Source of the DNA: Curvibacter sp.
Lineage (GTDB): Bacteria > Pseudomonadota > Gammaproteobacteria > Burkholderiales > Burkholderiaceae_C
Length of the DNA: 64,000 bases
Direction: 5' to 3'
Assembly: GCA_004293725.1 (NCBI GenBank)
Contig: REAW01000013.1
Coordinates: 1,037-65,036, forward strand
The notes beneath the pieces are model-generated. The model saw only the letters and a list, made by a program, of their open reading frames with translations. It ran no database searches and was not told the origin of the DNA. The translations under genes were made by a program, and so were the position numbers. Below, piece by piece: positions 12,371 to 24,044 of the stretch. Each line of letters opens with the position of its first letter. Within the stretch, counting starts at the first letter, position 1.

Positions 12371-13165
12371 TTAGCGAACGATTCCGCGCTGGGCGGACAC
12401 AGCCCCCAGAAAGCCATTCATCATGGCCACATCGGGCGCCGTTTCGGGGTGCGCCGCTTCCAGCTCGGCAATGCGCTGCTTGGCCTGCTCCAGCGTCAAG
12501 TCGTCCCGATACAGCGCTTTGTGCATCGCCTTGACACCCGAAATTCGCTCCGGCGAGAAGCCGCGGCGACGCAAACCTTCGAAGTTCATGGAACGGGCCG
12601 CAGCAGGCTGTCCTTGGCACATGACAAAGGGGGGCAGATCCGCAAACAGCAACGAACACATGGCTGTCATGCTGTGCGCGCCCAGGCGCACAAACTGGTG
12701 CACCACAGTGAAGCCACCCAAGATCACCCAGTCGTCCACATGCACATGGCCGGCCAGCTGCGAGTTGTTGGCAAAAATCACGTTGTTGCCCACGAGACAG
12801 TCGTGCGCCAAATGCACATAGGCCATGATCCAGTTGTCATTGCCCAGCACAGTCTTGCCCACATCTCCGGGCGATCCAATGTTAAAGGTACAAAACTCGC
12901 GGATGGTGTTGCGGTCGCCAATAATCAGTTCACAAGGTTCCCCTGCATACTTCTTGTCTTGCGGAATCGCACCCAGCGAGTTGAACTGGAAAATGCGGTT
13001 GTCTTGGCCAATGGTCGTATGGCCTTCAATCACACAGTGCGGGCCGACTGTGGTGCCGGCACCGATGCGCACATGCGGGCCGATGACGGAGTAAGGCCCG
13101 ACGGTCACCGAGCTGTCAAGCTCGGCCTTGGTGTCAATGATGGCAGTGGCGTGGATAGCAGACAC
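12371..13165 (-). CDS. lpxA: UDP-N-acetylglucosamine O-acyltransferase
   Basis: Hexapeptide repeats, PQDKKY, HLAHDC, HQF. Confidence 0.97.
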   Translation of the reverse strand: MSAIHATAIIDTKAELDSSVTVGPYSVIGPHVRIGAGTTVGPHCVIEGHTTIGQDNRIFQFNSLGAIPQDKKYAGEPCELIIGDRNTIREFCTFNIGSPGDVGKTVLGNDNWIMAYVHLAHDCLVGNNVIFANNSQLAGHVHVDDWVILGGFTVVHQFVRLGAHSMTAMCSLLFADLPPFVMCQGQPAAARSMNFEGLRRRGFSPERISGVKAMHKALYRDDLTLEQAKQRIAELEAAHPETAPDVAMMNGFLGAVSAQRGIVR

Positions 13166-13174
13166 GCGAACCTC

Positions 13175-13615
13175 TTATGCAATTGCGCGCATGGCGCACG
13201 TGAGTTCGGCTTCGCAGGCCAAATCATCACCCACGGTCGCGCTGGTCTTGAACTTGAAAATGCCAGCCTTCATGCGCAGCAACTCCACATTCAGGATCAA
13301 TTGGTCGCCCGGCTCCACAGGGCGCTTGAAGCGCGCGCCGTCGATGCCAGCAAAGTAGTACACCATCTGGTCGTTGGGCGAGGTGTCCAGCGCGTCAAAG
13401 GCCAACAGGGCCGCAGCCTGGGCCAGTGCTTCCAGCATCAGCACGCCCGGCATCACAGGGCGATGCGGAAAGTGGCCTTCAAAAAAAGGCTCATTGATAG
13501 TCACGTTCTTGAGGGCCTTGATGGTCTTGCCCTTGTCCAGCTCCAGCACCCGATCTACCAAGAGAAAGGGGTAACGGTGCGGCAGTTGTTTCAGGATTTT
13601 GTGGATGTCCATCAT
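13175..13615 (-). CDS. fabZ: 3-hydroxyacyl-ACP dehydratase
   Basis: [29 protein letters not shown]. Confidence 0.98.
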   Translation of the reverse strand: MMDIHKILKQLPHRYPFLLVDRVLELDKGKTIKALKNVTINEPFFEGHFPHRPVMPGVLMLEALAQAAALLAFDALDTSPNDQMVYYFAGIDGARFKRPVEPGDQLILNVELLRMKAGIFKFKTSATVGDDLACEAELTCAMRAIA

Positions 13616-14601
13616 TTGGGTAACTCTTTTTCCAGGGTTTTGATACGGTCACGCAGGCCGTGCAACTGCTTCAGCGTTGCGGCATTGCGCTCCCACGAGG
13701 CGTTCTCGTCAATCGGGAACATGCCGGTGTAGTGACCGGGCTTCACAATCGATTTGCTGACCACCGTAGCGGCCGATATGTGCACATTGGCACCCAAAGT
13801 TAAATGCCCCAGGACAATGGCGCCGCCGCCAACGGTGCAGTTGGGCCCGATGGTCGCAGACCCCGCCACGCCGACACAACCCGCCATGGCTGTGTTGCGC
13901 CCCACACGCACGTTGTGGCCAATCTGGATAAGGTTGTCCAGCTTGACGCCATCTTCGATCACGGTGTCTTGCAAAGCGCCACGGTCAATACAGGTATTGG
14001 CCCCTATTTCCACGTCATCGCCAATTTGAACTGCACCCAGTTGTTCAATTTTTTCCCACCGCTCTCCATCAGGAGCAAAACCAAAGCCATCGGCGCCGAT
14101 GACGACACCGGCATGCAGAATACAACGTGCCCCAACCACACAGTCCTCACCAACAGTGACACGTGACTTGAGGACTGTGTGTGCACCAATCTTTGCACCG
14201 GCCTCCACTACGCACAGCGGGCCAATCTGGGCAGTAGGGTCTACCACAGCGGTGGTATCCACGACTGCGCTAGGGTGCACCACCGTCGAGGCGGTAACCA
14301 TGCCAGCATGCCTGATTTGGTCTCGCTGCCGTTTCCACAACTGGGTAACTTTGGCGAAGTACAAATAAGGTTGATCAGCGACGATACATGCGCCACGCGC
14401 TAACGCAAACTCTCGGAGGCTCGGAGCCACAATCACGCAAGCTGCTCGAGAAGAAGCCAACTGCTGTTGGTACTTGGGGTTGCTGAGAAAACTCAAGTCT
14501 CGCGAGGTGGCACTTTCCAGTGGCGCTAACCCTTCGACCACGATCGACGAGTCACCATGCAATTCGCCACCCAACTCCCGCACAATTGAAGCGAGGTCCA
14601 T
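13612..14601 (-). CDS. lpxD: UDP-3-O-acylglucosamine N-acyltransferase
   Basis: [24 protein letters not shown]. Confidence 0.97.
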   Translation of the reverse strand: MDLASIVRELGGELHGDSSIVVEGLAPLESATSRDLSFLSNPKYQQQLASSRAACVIVAPSLREFALARGACIVADQPYLYFAKVTQLWKRQRDQIRHAGMVTASTVVHPSAVVDTTAVVDPTAQIGPLCVVEAGAKIGAHTVLKSRVTVGEDCVVGARCILHAGVVIGADGFGFAPDGERWEKIEQLGAVQIGDDVEIGANTCIDRGALQDTVIEDGVKLDNLIQIGHNVRVGRNTAMAGCVGVAGSATIGPNCTVGGGAIVLGHLTLGANVHISAATVVSKSIVKPGHYTGMFPIDENASWERNAATLKQLHGLRDRIKTLEKELPK

Positions 14602-14631
14602 ACCTTCCCCCCGCACTCGGCAATCCAAGGC

Positions 14632-15141
14632 TTACTTGGTGCCAGAATTAAGAATTTTGAGAACCTTCTCGGTGATATCGTGGCGAGCATTGCTGTACAC
14701 CACTTCCTGAATCACCAGATCGTATTTCTCGGCCTCGGCCACTTGTTTGACAGCCTTGTTGGCTTTGTCCAAAACTTGTTGCAACTCTTCATTGCGACGG
14801 CCATTCAGGTCTTCCTGGAACTCTCGTTGCTTACGTTGAAAGTCTCGGTTTTGTTCCGTAAATTCCTTCTGCCGGGTCGCACGCTGCGATTCTGTCAGCG
14901 TAGGCGCATCACGCTCAAACCTGTCGCTCATAGTCTTCAAGGCTGTTTGCAGATCGCCCAATTCTTTCTGGCGCTTGGAGAACTCGAGCTCCAGTTTCGC
15001 CTGGGCGGCCTTGGCAGGCCCGGACTCAGCGGTGATGCGCTGGGTATTGATATAACCGATCTTGGAGTCTTGGGCATGCGCACATACTGCAGCCAGTGCA
15101 AACACCACGGCCACGCTCCACATTGCTTTAGCTTGTTTCAT
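14632..15141 (-). CDS. skp: Periplasmic chaperone Skp/OmpH
   Basis: Signal peptide, KIGYIN, coiled coil, DITEKV; between bamA and lpxD. Confidence 0.93.
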   Translation of the reverse strand: MKQAKAMWSVAVVFALAAVCAHAQDSKIGYINTQRITAESGPAKAAQAKLELEFSKRQKELGDLQTALKTMSDRFERDAPTLTESQRATRQKEFTEQNRDFQRKQREFQEDLNGRRNEELQQVLDKANKAVKQVAEAEKYDLVIQEVVYSNARHDITEKVLKILNSGTK

Positions 15142-17435
15142 TAGAAAGTTGTTCCGATCTGGAATTGGAGACCTTGGATTTTATCGCCTTCAAATTTTGT
15201 AATAGGCCGGGCAAATGCCAAGCGCAGTGGCCCAACAGGTGAGATCCAGCTGAGGCCTACCCCGAAGGACGAGCGCATATCTCCAAGTTGAATGGATTCG
15301 TTGGGCCCATACACGCCCCCGACATCAACGAAGCCAAAGACCCGTAAGGTGCGATCGTTTCCGCCGCCCGGCAAAGGCGTCAGGATCTCACCGTTAAAAG
15401 TGACCCGCTTTGCGCCACCAGTGGCCACCAGTGATCCGGCACGTTGCGCTGCCGTGGTGAGGCTGCCCTGTTCAAAGCCGCGAACCGACCCTAAACCACC
15501 AGCGTAGTAATTTTTGAACACCGGGTAAGAGGCACTAGTAGTAGCAGCTCCCAAGGCGATCTCTGAGTTGAAAGCGGCCGTGACCTTGCGAGAAAGAGGA
15601 AAAAATTGCTGGTATTGTGCGGTGCCGCGAACATAACGCAATTCGCCGCCCACACTCCATTCGGCATTGGTACGCAGAACCTTGCCAGAGCTTGGAACCA
15701 ACGCACTATCGCGCGTATCACGCGCCCAGCCCAAAGTGAGAGGAACGGCTGTGCTACTTGACCCAAATTCTTTCACATGGTCTTCGTAGACCACAGGCAA
15801 AAGTGTACCGGGAATGATGCGGGTGCGATCAGCCCCCACACCGAGGAAAACCGTATCCGAATCTGTAAACGGTATCCCAAAACGCACCGCTGCTCCTGTC
15901 GTTTCGACCGCATAAGTATTGACATCCTCGAAAGGCCGATTGGTTCGCTGAAAGAAATCGATAGAGCGTGAAACACCATCTTCTGTGAAATAAGGGTTAG
16001 TGGTGCTCAACACAACAGTACGGTTGGTCTTGCTGGTATTTAATTCAATGCCCAAGGAATTGCCGGAACCGAAGGCATTATCCTGCCTGAACCCAAACGA
16101 CAACCCAAGGCCATCTGCGCTAGAAACACCGGCGCCCACGCTGAGACTACCCGTGGATTTTTCGGCCACATTTACTGTCAAATCAACTTGATCTGGCGCC
16201 CCCGAAACCTCTTGGGTTTCAATGTTGACTTGCGTGAAGAACCCCAAGCGATCCACCCGATTGCGGGATTGTCGAATTTTCTCGCCGTCGTACCAAGCAG
16301 CCTCAAGTTGGCGAAACTCGCGGCGAATCACTTCGTCACGTGTACGGTCATTTCCCGCAACGTTGATACGACGAACGTAGACTCGACGAGAAGGCTCAGC
16401 AACTAGTGTGATCGCAACACGGTTCGTGCTGCGATCAATTTCAGTACTTGATTCAGTTCGAGCAAAAGCGTAGCCGAAATTAGCAAAGTAGTCATTGAAA
16501 GCTTTGGTAGTTTGTGACACCTCACTCGCGTTATAGGGCTCCCCTGCCCTAATCGCTATCAATGATTGAAATTCGTCGTCTTTTGCCAAGAAATTGCCAG
16601 CCAGCTTGATACTGGAGACCACAAAACGCTCCCCCTCCGTCACGTTGATCGTGATATCGATATCTTGTTTGTTAGGTGAAATGGCAACCTGGGTTGAATC
16701 CACTTTGAATTCCAGGTATCCACGCGACAGGTAGTAAGAGCGCAAGGACTCGATATCGGCATTGAGCTTGGTTCTGGAATAGCGGTTCGACTTGGTATAC
16801 CAGCTCAACCAAGTTCCAGAGTCTGAATCAAACAGGCCAAGCAAAGTGCCTTGTGAAAAAGCACTCGCTCCAGAAATGTTGATGCTCTTGATTTTTGCGA
16901 CATCACCTTCCACCACAGCAAAGCTCAAATTCACCCGATTGCGCTCAATAGGGGTAACTGTCGTGACCACCTCTGTGCCGTACATGCTCTTGTTGATGTA
17001 CTGACGTTTGAGCTCCTGCTCTGCACGATCTACCAAGGCTTTGTCAAACGGACGCCCATCACCAAGCCCAATTTCACGCAACGCCTTTTTCAACACATCT
17101 TTGTCGAATTCCAGGGTACCTGTGAAATTGACATCAGCGATAGTCGGACGTTCCTCCACAATGACGACCAACACCCCATTGCTGGTCTCAATTCGAACGT
17201 CCTTGAACAATCCCAACGCAAACAGTGCTCGAATGGAAGCTGCAGCTTTGTCATCGGTATATGTATCGCCGACGCGTACAGGCAATGACGCAAAAATGGT
17301 TCCTGCTTCAACCCGTTGCAACCCTTCCACCCGTATATCGCGCACGGAGAATGGCTCCAATGCCATGGCAGCCTGTGCAGCCAACCCAAGTACCAAGGAA
17401 CATGCCGCAGCATGCAAAGATCGTTTGAAATACAT
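15141..17435 (-). CDS. bamA: Outer membrane protein assembly factor BamA
   Basis: POTRA start DIRVEGLQRV, VRGF motif, C-terminal FQIGTTF; start at MYFK. Confidence 0.97.
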   Translation of the reverse strand: MYFKRSLHAAACSLVLGLAAQAAMALEPFSVRDIRVEGLQRVEAGTIFASLPVRVGDTYTDDKAAASIRALFALGLFKDVRIETSNGVLVVIVEERPTIADVNFTGTLEFDKDVLKKALREIGLGDGRPFDKALVDRAEQELKRQYINKSMYGTEVVTTVTPIERNRVNLSFAVVEGDVAKIKSINISGASAFSQGTLLGLFDSDSGTWLSWYTKSNRYSRTKLNADIESLRSYYLSRGYLEFKVDSTQVAISPNKQDIDITINVTEGERFVVSSIKLAGNFLAKDDEFQSLIAIRAGEPYNASEVSQTTKAFNDYFANFGYAFARTESSTEIDRSTNRVAITLVAEPSRRVYVRRINVAGNDRTRDEVIRREFRQLEAAWYDGEKIRQSRNRVDRLGFFTQVNIETQEVSGAPDQVDLTVNVAEKSTGSLSVGAGVSSADGLGLSFGFRQDNAFGSGNSLGIELNTSKTNRTVVLSTTNPYFTEDGVSRSIDFFQRTNRPFEDVNTYAVETTGAAVRFGIPFTDSDTVFLGVGADRTRIIPGTLLPVVYEDHVKEFGSSSTAVPLTLGWARDTRDSALVPSSGKVLRTNAEWSVGGELRYVRGTAQYQQFFPLSRKVTAAFNSEIALGAATTSASYPVFKNYYAGGLGSVRGFEQGSLTTAAQRAGSLVATGGAKRVTFNGEILTPLPGGGNDRTLRVFGFVDVGGVYGPNESIQLGDMRSSFGVGLSWISPVGPLRLAFARPITKFEGDKIQGLQFQIGTTF

Positions 17436-17482
17436 AGTTGCCAGTTCTATTTGTGTGGGCAACGCGGCCAAGCAGCTCGCAT

Positions 17483-18859
17483 TCAACTCAACAGTTGCAC
17501 CACATCGTTGAATATCGCAATCGACATCATTGCCAAGAGCACGCCCAATCCTGCACGCTGCAGATAGCCCATCCATGCGTCAGATACCGGGCGCCCTGTC
17601 AACGATTCCCAAAGATAATACATCAGGTGCCCTCCATCGAGGACGGGTATGGGCAGCAAATTGAGTACGCCCAAGCTGATGCTGATGAGTGCCAAAAACA
17701 CCAAGTATTGAGACCACCCCACTGCCGCAGACTTACCAGCATAGTCCGCAATTGTCAGCGGGCCACTCAGATTCTTGAGGGAAGCCTCCCCAACCACCAT
17801 CTTGCCCATCATCTTCAGTGTCAATAACGACACCTCCCAGGTGCGGTCCAATGAGCGCGTAAACCCCTCCCAAAAGCCGTAGCGCACAACAACTGTCGCA
17901 GGCACCGCACCCACCATGGCGTTTACGCGGCCAATTGCTTGTCCCGCCACCAATTCACGGGTGGGGGTAATGGCCAGCGCCAGCAAGTGTCCACCCCTAT
18001 TCAATTGCCAAGTCTGGACTGCAATGGGATTCTGTTCGCCTGAAGACCGAATCAACTCCCGCAACTGTGCCGCATCAGAAATGGCCACACCATTGACATG
18101 AGTTACCAAGTCACCTGCTCGTAGGCCTGCCATCGCAGCGGCGCCACCAGGCAAGACATCACCAATCTGCGCAACAGACAGGGGACCTTGCCACCCGATG
18201 GCCCGAAAAAGACTGGCATCCGCAAAACGGGTGTCAAGGTCCCCAAGACTGAGTGTTTTGCGTGCAACTGAATCTGTTTCGGCTTGGGCTGTAACAGATT
18301 CATGGTACTCAACAAACAAATTGGTTTTTGCTAACGCCGCCTGCGTCAACCACCAGCGAAAATCTTCAAACGAGCGCACAGGCTCCATTGAATCCGCATC
18401 GGTCCCTGCAGCCAACACGCGTTCACCTCCGGCAAAACCCGCTTGGGCCGCCAAGGAATTCTCCAGTGGCTGAGATAACACTGGGTCCATCTGTATCGAA
18501 CCTGCCCAATAAACGACACTATAGAGCAAGACCGCCAAAACCAAGTTCGCTATGGGGCCAGCCGCGACAATGGCCGCCCGAGTCCTGACGCTCTTGGTCT
18601 CAAAAGCCCTGTGCAGTTCTGACGGGTCGACAGGGCCTTCGCGCCCATCAAGCATCTTGACGTACCCACCCAAGGGCAAGGCGCAAAGCACAAACTCTGT
18701 CCCCGTACGCGAAGAAGTCCTGCCCCACAATTTGGGACCAAAACCTATGGAAAACCTCAGCACTTTCACACCAGTGGCCACGGCCATCCGGTAGTGACCC
18801 CATTCATGCACGGCAATCAGAACAGCGATTGCAAAAATGAATGCGGCAACGGTTAGCAT
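17483..18859 (-). CDS. rseP: RIP metalloprotease RseP
   Basis: HEWGH, PLGGYVKM, PDZ domains, NLLPIPVLDGG. Confidence 0.96.
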   Translation of the reverse strand: MLTVAAFIFAIAVLIAVHEWGHYRMAVATGVKVLRFSIGFGPKLWGRTSSRTGTEFVLCALPLGGYVKMLDGREGPVDPSELHRAFETKSVRTRAAIVAAGPIANLVLAVLLYSVVYWAGSIQMDPVLSQPLENSLAAQAGFAGGERVLAAGTDADSMEPVRSFEDFRWWLTQAALAKTNLFVEYHESVTAQAETDSVARKTLSLGDLDTRFADASLFRAIGWQGPLSVAQIGDVLPGGAAAMAGLRAGDLVTHVNGVAISDAAQLRELIRSSGEQNPIAVQTWQLNRGGHLLALAITPTRELVAGQAIGRVNAMVGAVPATVVVRYGFWEGFTRSLDRTWEVSLLTLKMMGKMVVGEASLKNLSGPLTIADYAGKSAAVGWSQYLVFLALISISLGVLNLLPIPVLDGGHLMYYLWESLTGRPVSDAWMGYLQRAGLGVLLAMMSIAIFNDVVQLLS

Positions 18860-18877
18860 GGCGGCGATCCTTGGAGT

Positions 18878-20077
18878 TCAGTGCGCAAGTCGGCGGGCCG
18901 CTTGCTCTGCAATACGTCGAGCAGAGTGGTCTATTTCCAATAGATCGCCAATAGACACAGGGGCCGCAAACTGTGATGCAGCCATTGTCTCCTGGTTCAC
19001 CTGATGAATATGGTCGAAACGGATCTGACGGCTCAAAAAGGCAGCAACCGCAATCTCGTTGGCTGCATTCAGCACTGCCGTAGTCCCCTGCGGGCCTGCC
19101 ATCGCATCCCATGCCAACTGCAGGCCGGGAAAGCGTGCTTGGTGGTTATTCGACTGAATCGATTCAAAACTAAGTCCCGCCAATTGGGAAAAATCAATGG
19201 CAGCAGCACCCGAGACAACACGCTGAGGCCAAGACAAACCATAAGCGATAGGGCCACGCATGTCGGGTGTGCCAAGTTGCGCAACCACCGAATGATCGAC
19301 AAACTGCACCATGGAATGGATCACGCTCTGGGGGTGAATCACCACATCGATGCGGTCGGGAGCCATTCCGAACAGGTAGCGCGCCTCAATGACTTCAAGG
19401 GCCTTGTTCATCATGGTGGCCGAATCCACCGAAATTTTTCGACCCATCACCCAATTGGGATGGGCGCACGCTTCTTCAGGGGAAACGTCACACAACGTCG
19501 ATGGCGAACGGGTTCGGAATGGCCCACCAGAGGCCGTCAGGATGATCTTATCCACCGAGCTAGCCCACAAGGCACGGCTCTCGGGCAAAGATTGAAAAAT
19601 CGCAGAGTGCTCGCTGTCGATGGGCAATAGAGTGGCACCGCCGTCATGCACGGCATCCATAAACAACTGCCCCCCCACCACCAATGCTTCTTTGTTTGCC
19701 AATAGCAAGCGTTTACCTGCACCAGCAGCGGCCATGCAGGAAGGCAACCCGGCCGCGCCCACTATGGCAGCCATAACTGTATCGGCGTCGGGGTGAGCTG
19801 CCATCGTTTCAAGAGCTGCAGCACCGCTCAATACCTGGGTAGATACATCGGCTGTCCGCAAGCGCATTTGCAACTCCAGCGCATGTGACTCGCTCACCAT
19901 CACGGCAAACTTGGGGCGGTGGCGCAAGCACTGCTCCAACATCACCGCTACATTGGTGGAAGCCGTGAGTGCAAAGACCCCAAAATTGGCGGGATGCCGT
20001 CCAATGACATCCAGGGTGTTCACACCAATGGATCCGGTCGAGCCCAGTACGACCACCTGACGAAATGGGGCGTTCAT
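18878..20077 (-). CDS. dxr: 1-deoxy-D-xylulose-5-phosphate reductoisomerase
   Basis: LGSTGSIG, LANKE, PIDSEH, HPNWVMGRKISVDSA. Confidence 0.98.
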   Translation of the reverse strand: MNAPFRQVVVLGSTGSIGVNTLDVIGRHPANFGVFALTASTNVAVMLEQCLRHRPKFAVMVSESHALELQMRLRTADVSTQVLSGAAALETMAAHPDADTVMAAIVGAAGLPSCMAAAGAGKRLLLANKEALVVGGQLFMDAVHDGGATLLPIDSEHSAIFQSLPESRALWASSVDKIILTASGGPFRTRSPSTLCDVSPEEACAHPNWVMGRKISVDSATMMNKALEVIEARYLFGMAPDRIDVVIHPQSVIHSMVQFVDHSVVAQLGTPDMRGPIAYGLSWPQRVVSGAAAIDFSQLAGLSFESIQSNNHQARFPGLQLAWDAMAGPQGTTAVLNAANEIAVAAFLSRQIRFDHIHQVNQETMAASQFAAPVSIGDLLEIDHSARRIAEQAARRLAH

Positions 20078-20919
20078 AGCGAATGCAACATCATGGCCAT
20101 GGGGAGCACGGGCAACAAGGCATCCAGGCGATCCAACACGCCGCCATGACCTGGCAACAGGTTGCTGCTGTCTTTAGCGCCTGCGCTGCGTTTGAATAGC
20201 GATTCGACCAAATCCCCAACCACACTCCATGCAACCAGCCACACTACAGCAACGGCCATCACGAGCACACCGTGCGAGAGTAGCTTACTGAATATGCTAA
20301 CGCTGTCTAACACTACCCTCTGTTCCAACTGAATCCATAGCACCGCACAGAGCGCCACACCAAGCAAGCCGCCGAAAACGCCTTCCCAAGTTTTTCCAGG
20401 GCTGATGGAAGGCGCTAGTTTTCTGGCAAACAGCTTTCCCCCCAGCATGCGACCCGCAAAGTACGCGCCGATGTCAGCAACCCACACCAGGACCATGACA
20501 GAAAAAAGGAAGTTGATGCCAATGACCCGGGCCTGCGTGACTGCAAGCCAGGCCGCACACAAACAAGCCACGCCGACCAGCCATCGCATGGGTTTGGGCA
20601 CTGACGCCCAACGCGCGGCACCACTGGCCAGCAACCAACTACCACCCAAAATCCAGATGGCGGTTACGGTAAGCCAGAGAACTCCAGCATGCCCGCCGTC
20701 CCCGCCGTAAACCATGGATGCAATACAGACAACACCACAGAAGGCTCCGGTGGCCCAGGCACCCATGGCGCCTATTTGGTTCAAGCGGGCCCACTCCCAA
20801 CCACCGGCTGCGATGAGCAAAGCCGCGACCGCAGCAAACACAGCAGGTTGAGGGTAAAACACAGCGGGAAGCAGAACTGCCAAAAGCAGCACTGCGGTGA
20901 TCACTCGTTGCCGCAGCAT
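20074..20919 (-). CDS. cdsA: Phosphatidate cytidylyltransferase
   Basis: SPGKTWEG, KRSAGAKDSSNLLPGHGGVLDRLD. Confidence 0.96.
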   Translation of the reverse strand: MLRQRVITAVLLLAVLLPAVFYPQPAVFAAVAALLIAAGGWEWARLNQIGAMGAWATGAFCGVVCIASMVYGGDGGHAGVLWLTVTAIWILGGSWLLASGAARWASVPKPMRWLVGVACLCAAWLAVTQARVIGINFLFSVMVLVWVADIGAYFAGRMLGGKLFARKLAPSISPGKTWEGVFGGLLGVALCAVLWIQLEQRVVLDSVSIFSKLLSHGVLVMAVAVVWLVAWSVVGDLVESLFKRSAGAKDSSNLLPGHGGVLDRLDALLPVLPMAMMLHSL

Positions 20920-20931
20920 GGGCAGTCCTTT

Positions 20932-21654
20932 TTATGATGGGGAAACGTTAGATGGCGTCAATTGCGCGGAAGTTTTCCCAAACCTGCGCTCCCGCGCATG
21001 GTATTCGGCAATCGCTTGGTCCAGTGCCTGATCGTCAAAGTCCGGCCATAAGGCTGGGCTGAAGTACAGTTCGGTATAGGCGGACTGCCAAAGGAGGAAG
21101 TTGCTTAAGCGGAACTCCCCGCCGGTGCGAATCAATAAATCGGGATCAGAGGCACTTAGCGCCATAGCCTGGGACAAAGAGTCAACTGTAATCGGTACGC
21201 CACGTTGCGCCAATTGAGCTGCCGCGTGGGCGATCTCCCAGCGGCCGCCGTAGTTAAAACACACGTTCAATGTTAGCAAGCGGTTATCGGCAGTTTCGAG
21301 TTCTGCGCGTGCCAGACCCGCCTGCACCCGCTCCGAAAGGCCGGACCGATCGCCCACGAAGTGCAGGCGCACCCCATCTTGCTTAAGCTGAGATACCTCG
21401 CGAGCCAGTGCACCTGCGAGCAAATCCATCAACCCAGAAACCTCATCTTCAGGTCGGCTCCAATTTTCTGAAGAAAAAGCGAAAACCGTCAAGACGGCGA
21501 TTTTCCGCTGGGCACAAGCGCGCACAATCCTCTTGAGGGTATCAACGCCTTGCTTGTGCCCGGCAATGCGCGGCAAGAAACGCTTGGATGCCCAACGTCC
21601 GTTGCCATCCATAACTATGGCTACATGGTGTAGCCCGGCATCGGGGTGCGCCAT
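20932..21654 (-). CDS. uppS: Undecaprenyl/polyprenyl diphosphate synthase
   Basis: IVMDGNGRWA, FSSENWSRP, RTGGEFRLSNF. Confidence 0.97.
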   Translation of the reverse strand: MAHPDAGLHHVAIVMDGNGRWASKRFLPRIAGHKQGVDTLKRIVRACAQRKIAVLTVFAFSSENWSRPEDEVSGLMDLLAGALAREVSQLKQDGVRLHFVGDRSGLSERVQAGLARAELETADNRLLTLNVCFNYGGRWEIAHAAAQLAQRGVPITVDSLSQAMALSASDPDLLIRTGGEFRLSNFLLWQSAYTELYFSPALWPDFDDQALDQAIAEYHARERRFGKTSAQLTPSNVSPS

Positions 21655-21666
21655 AAAGTGACGGAT

Positions 21667-22227
21667 TCAAACCGCCATGATGTCTTGCTCTTTGGACGCG
21701 ACGAGCTTATCCACCTCTGCAATATGCCGGTCGGTGAGTTTTTGTACATCTGCTTCCGAGCGCTTTTGGTCATCTTCAGAGGCCAATTTGTCTTTCACGA
21801 GCTTTTTTACGGCCTCGTTCGCATCACGGCGCAGGTTGCGTACTGCAATCTTGGCCGCCTCGCCTTCTGAACGAACTACTTTGGTCAATTCGCGTCGCCG
21901 CTCTTCCGTCATCGCTGGCATGGGCACCCGAATCAAATCACCCATGCTGGAAGGATTTAAACCGAGGTCACTTTCACGGATGGCTTTCTCGATCTTGGCG
22001 CCCATGCCTTTTTCCCAAGGCTGCACACTGATCGTACGTGCATCGATCAAGGACAGGTTCGCAACTTGACTCAGGGGCAACATCGACCCGTAGTAATCAA
22101 CTTGCACTGTATCCAGCAGCGCTGGGTTGGCACGCCCGGTACGAACTTTTGTCAAGTTGTTCTTAAACGCCGCGATGGATTGATCCATCTTGTTTTCAAG
22201 GGTGGTTTTGATATCGGTTAGTGACAT
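21667..22227 (-). CDS. frr: Ribosome recycling factor
   Basis: [24 protein letters not shown]. Confidence 0.98.
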   Translation of the reverse strand: MSLTDIKTTLENKMDQSIAAFKNNLTKVRTGRANPALLDTVQVDYYGSMLPLSQVANLSLIDARTISVQPWEKGMGAKIEKAIRESDLGLNPSSMGDLIRVPMPAMTEERRRELTKVVRSEGEAAKIAVRNLRRDANEAVKKLVKDKLASEDDQKRSEADVQKLTDRHIAEVDKLVASKEQDIMAV

Positions 22228-22269
22228 GATGACTTCCTTGGGTGCAGGCGAATGGATCTGCTAGATAAA

Positions 22270-22992
22270 TCAAACGTAGACCAATGTGCCTTCGTCCTCA
22301 CCCATCACGACGCGCTTCAATGCACCGTGTTTAAAAATTGAAAAGACCTTGATAGGCAATTTTTGGTCACGGCAAAGTGCAAATGCAGCGGCATCCATAA
22401 TGCCAAGGTTCTGGCTCATGGCCGCATCGAAAGTGATTTTCGAATAACGCGTGGCTGATGGATCCTTCTTTGGGTCTGCACTATAGACTCCATCCACTTT
22501 GGTGGCTTTAAGGACAATCTCAGCCCCAATTTCCGCACCACGCAGGGCCGCGGCAGTATCGGTCGTGAAGAAAGGATTGCCGGTTCCAGCAGCAAAAATC
22601 ACAACTTTGCCTTCTTCCAAATATTGCAAAGCTTTGGGGCGCACATAAGGCTCAACGACCTGCTCAATACCAATAGCAGACATGACCCGGGCAATGAGTC
22701 CTGCCTTGTTCATGGTGTCACCCAAGGCAAGAGCATTCATCACCGTCGCCAGCATGCCCATGTAATCGGCAGTGGCTCGGTCCATGCCAACAGAGCCGCC
22801 AGCAACGCCTCTAAAGATATTGCCACCACCAATTACCACCGCAACCTCGACACCCATTCGGGTGACTTCGGCAATTTCATCCACCATCCGAACAATAGTG
22901 TCGCGGTTGATGCCGAACTGGTCATCACCCATAAGCGCCTCGCCCGACAGCTTGAGCAAAATACGCTTATAGGCAGGGCGGTCTTGGCTCAT
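22270..22992 (-). CDS. pyrH: UMP kinase
   Basis: [23 protein letters not shown]. Confidence 0.98.
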   Translation of the reverse strand: MSQDRPAYKRILLKLSGEALMGDDQFGINRDTIVRMVDEIAEVTRMGVEVAVVIGGGNIFRGVAGGSVGMDRATADYMGMLATVMNALALGDTMNKAGLIARVMSAIGIEQVVEPYVRPKALQYLEEGKVVIFAAGTGNPFFTTDTAAALRGAEIGAEIVLKATKVDGVYSADPKKDPSATRYSKITFDAAMSQNLGIMDAAAFALCRDQKLPIKVFSIFKHGALKRVVMGEDEGTLVYV

Positions 22993-23037
22993 TGGCAACT
23001 CCGAAAGATAGGCGGTGGAAATTGAAGACGTCAAAAA

Positions 23038-23961
23038 CTAGGCAGCTTGCTTGGCAGCGGCAACTTGTGCAGCAACTTCGGCAGCGAAGTCGTCTACTTT
23101 CTTCTCAATGCCTTCACCAACCACGTACAAGGTAAAACCCTTGACGGTGGTGCCGACGCCCTTGAGCATTTGCTCCACTGTTTGCTTGTCGTTCTTCACA
23201 AAAGGCTGGTTGAACAAGGACACTTCTTTGAGGAATTTCTGCACACCACCGTCAATTCGCTTAGCCACGATTTCGGGTGACTGTACGGGCTTGCCAGCCG
23301 CTGTTGCCACAGCAGCATCTTCTGCAGCTTTGGCCGCTGCAACAGAACGCTCACGCTCCACCAACTCGGCAGGCACTTGGTCCGACGACAGGGACACGGG
23401 CTTCATCGCGGCTACGTGCATGGCTACATCCTTGGCGGCCATTTCTTCGCCTTCAAACTCGACAACCACGCCTATCCGCGTACCGTGAAGGTAAGAAGCC
23501 AATTTGGTGGAGCCGTCAAAATACTTGAAGCGGCGGAACGTCATGTTTTCACCGATTTTTCCAATCAGCCCCTTGCGCACATCTTCCAATGTGGGGCCAA
23601 AACCGTCTTGCTCATAAGCCAGAGCGCAGAGCGCCGCAACATCGGCAGGGTTATGCTTGGCAACCAGGGCTGCGGCAGCGTTGGCTAAAGCCAAGAAGCT
23701 GTCGTTCTTGGTCACAAAGTCGGTTTCGCAATTCACCTCGATCAACGCGCCAGTGGCTCCGTTCATGCTGGTAGCGACCACGCCTTCAGCTGTGACACGG
23801 GCTGCAGCTTTTCCAGCCTTGCTACCCAACTTGACTCGCAGCAGCTCCTCCGCTTTTGCCATATCGCCTTCAGCCTCAGTCAGTGCCTTTTTACACTCCA
23901 TCATGGGCGCATCAGTTTTGCCACGCAGTTCCGCCACCATGCTTGCTGTAATTGCTGCCAT
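23038..23961 (-). CDS. tsf: Elongation factor Ts
   Basis: [17 protein letters not shown]. Confidence 0.98.
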   Translation of the reverse strand: MAAITASMVAELRGKTDAPMMECKKALTEAEGDMAKAEELLRVKLGSKAGKAAARVTAEGVVATSMNGATGALIEVNCETDFVTKNDSFLALANAAAALVAKHNPADVAALCALAYEQDGFGPTLEDVRKGLIGKIGENMTFRRFKYFDGSTKLASYLHGTRIGVVVEFEGEEMAAKDVAMHVAAMKPVSLSSDQVPAELVERERSVAAAKAAEDAAVATAAGKPVQSPEIVAKRIDGGVQKFLKEVSLFNQPFVKNDKQTVEQMLKGVGTTVKGFTLYVVGEGIEKKVDDFAAEVAAQVAAAKQAA

Positions 23962-23998
23962 TTCAATTCTCCGTAATTCAATAGTTTAATTAAAAGCT

Positions 23999-24027
23999 AA
24001 AAAAAAGGGGCAACAAAGCCCCCTTTT
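23999..24027 (-). terminator. Terminator/attenuator between rpsB and tsf
   Basis: Minus strand GGGGC-TTTGTT-GCCCC followed by T8. Confidence 0.75.
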
Positions 24028-24044
24028 GAAGGGTGACCCGGCGC

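Noticed and set aside
19760-19790. CACTAT-N7-ATAACTG in dxr as a repeat copy
   Set aside because: Only the left half matches, with a mismatch, and there is no GCGCA block.
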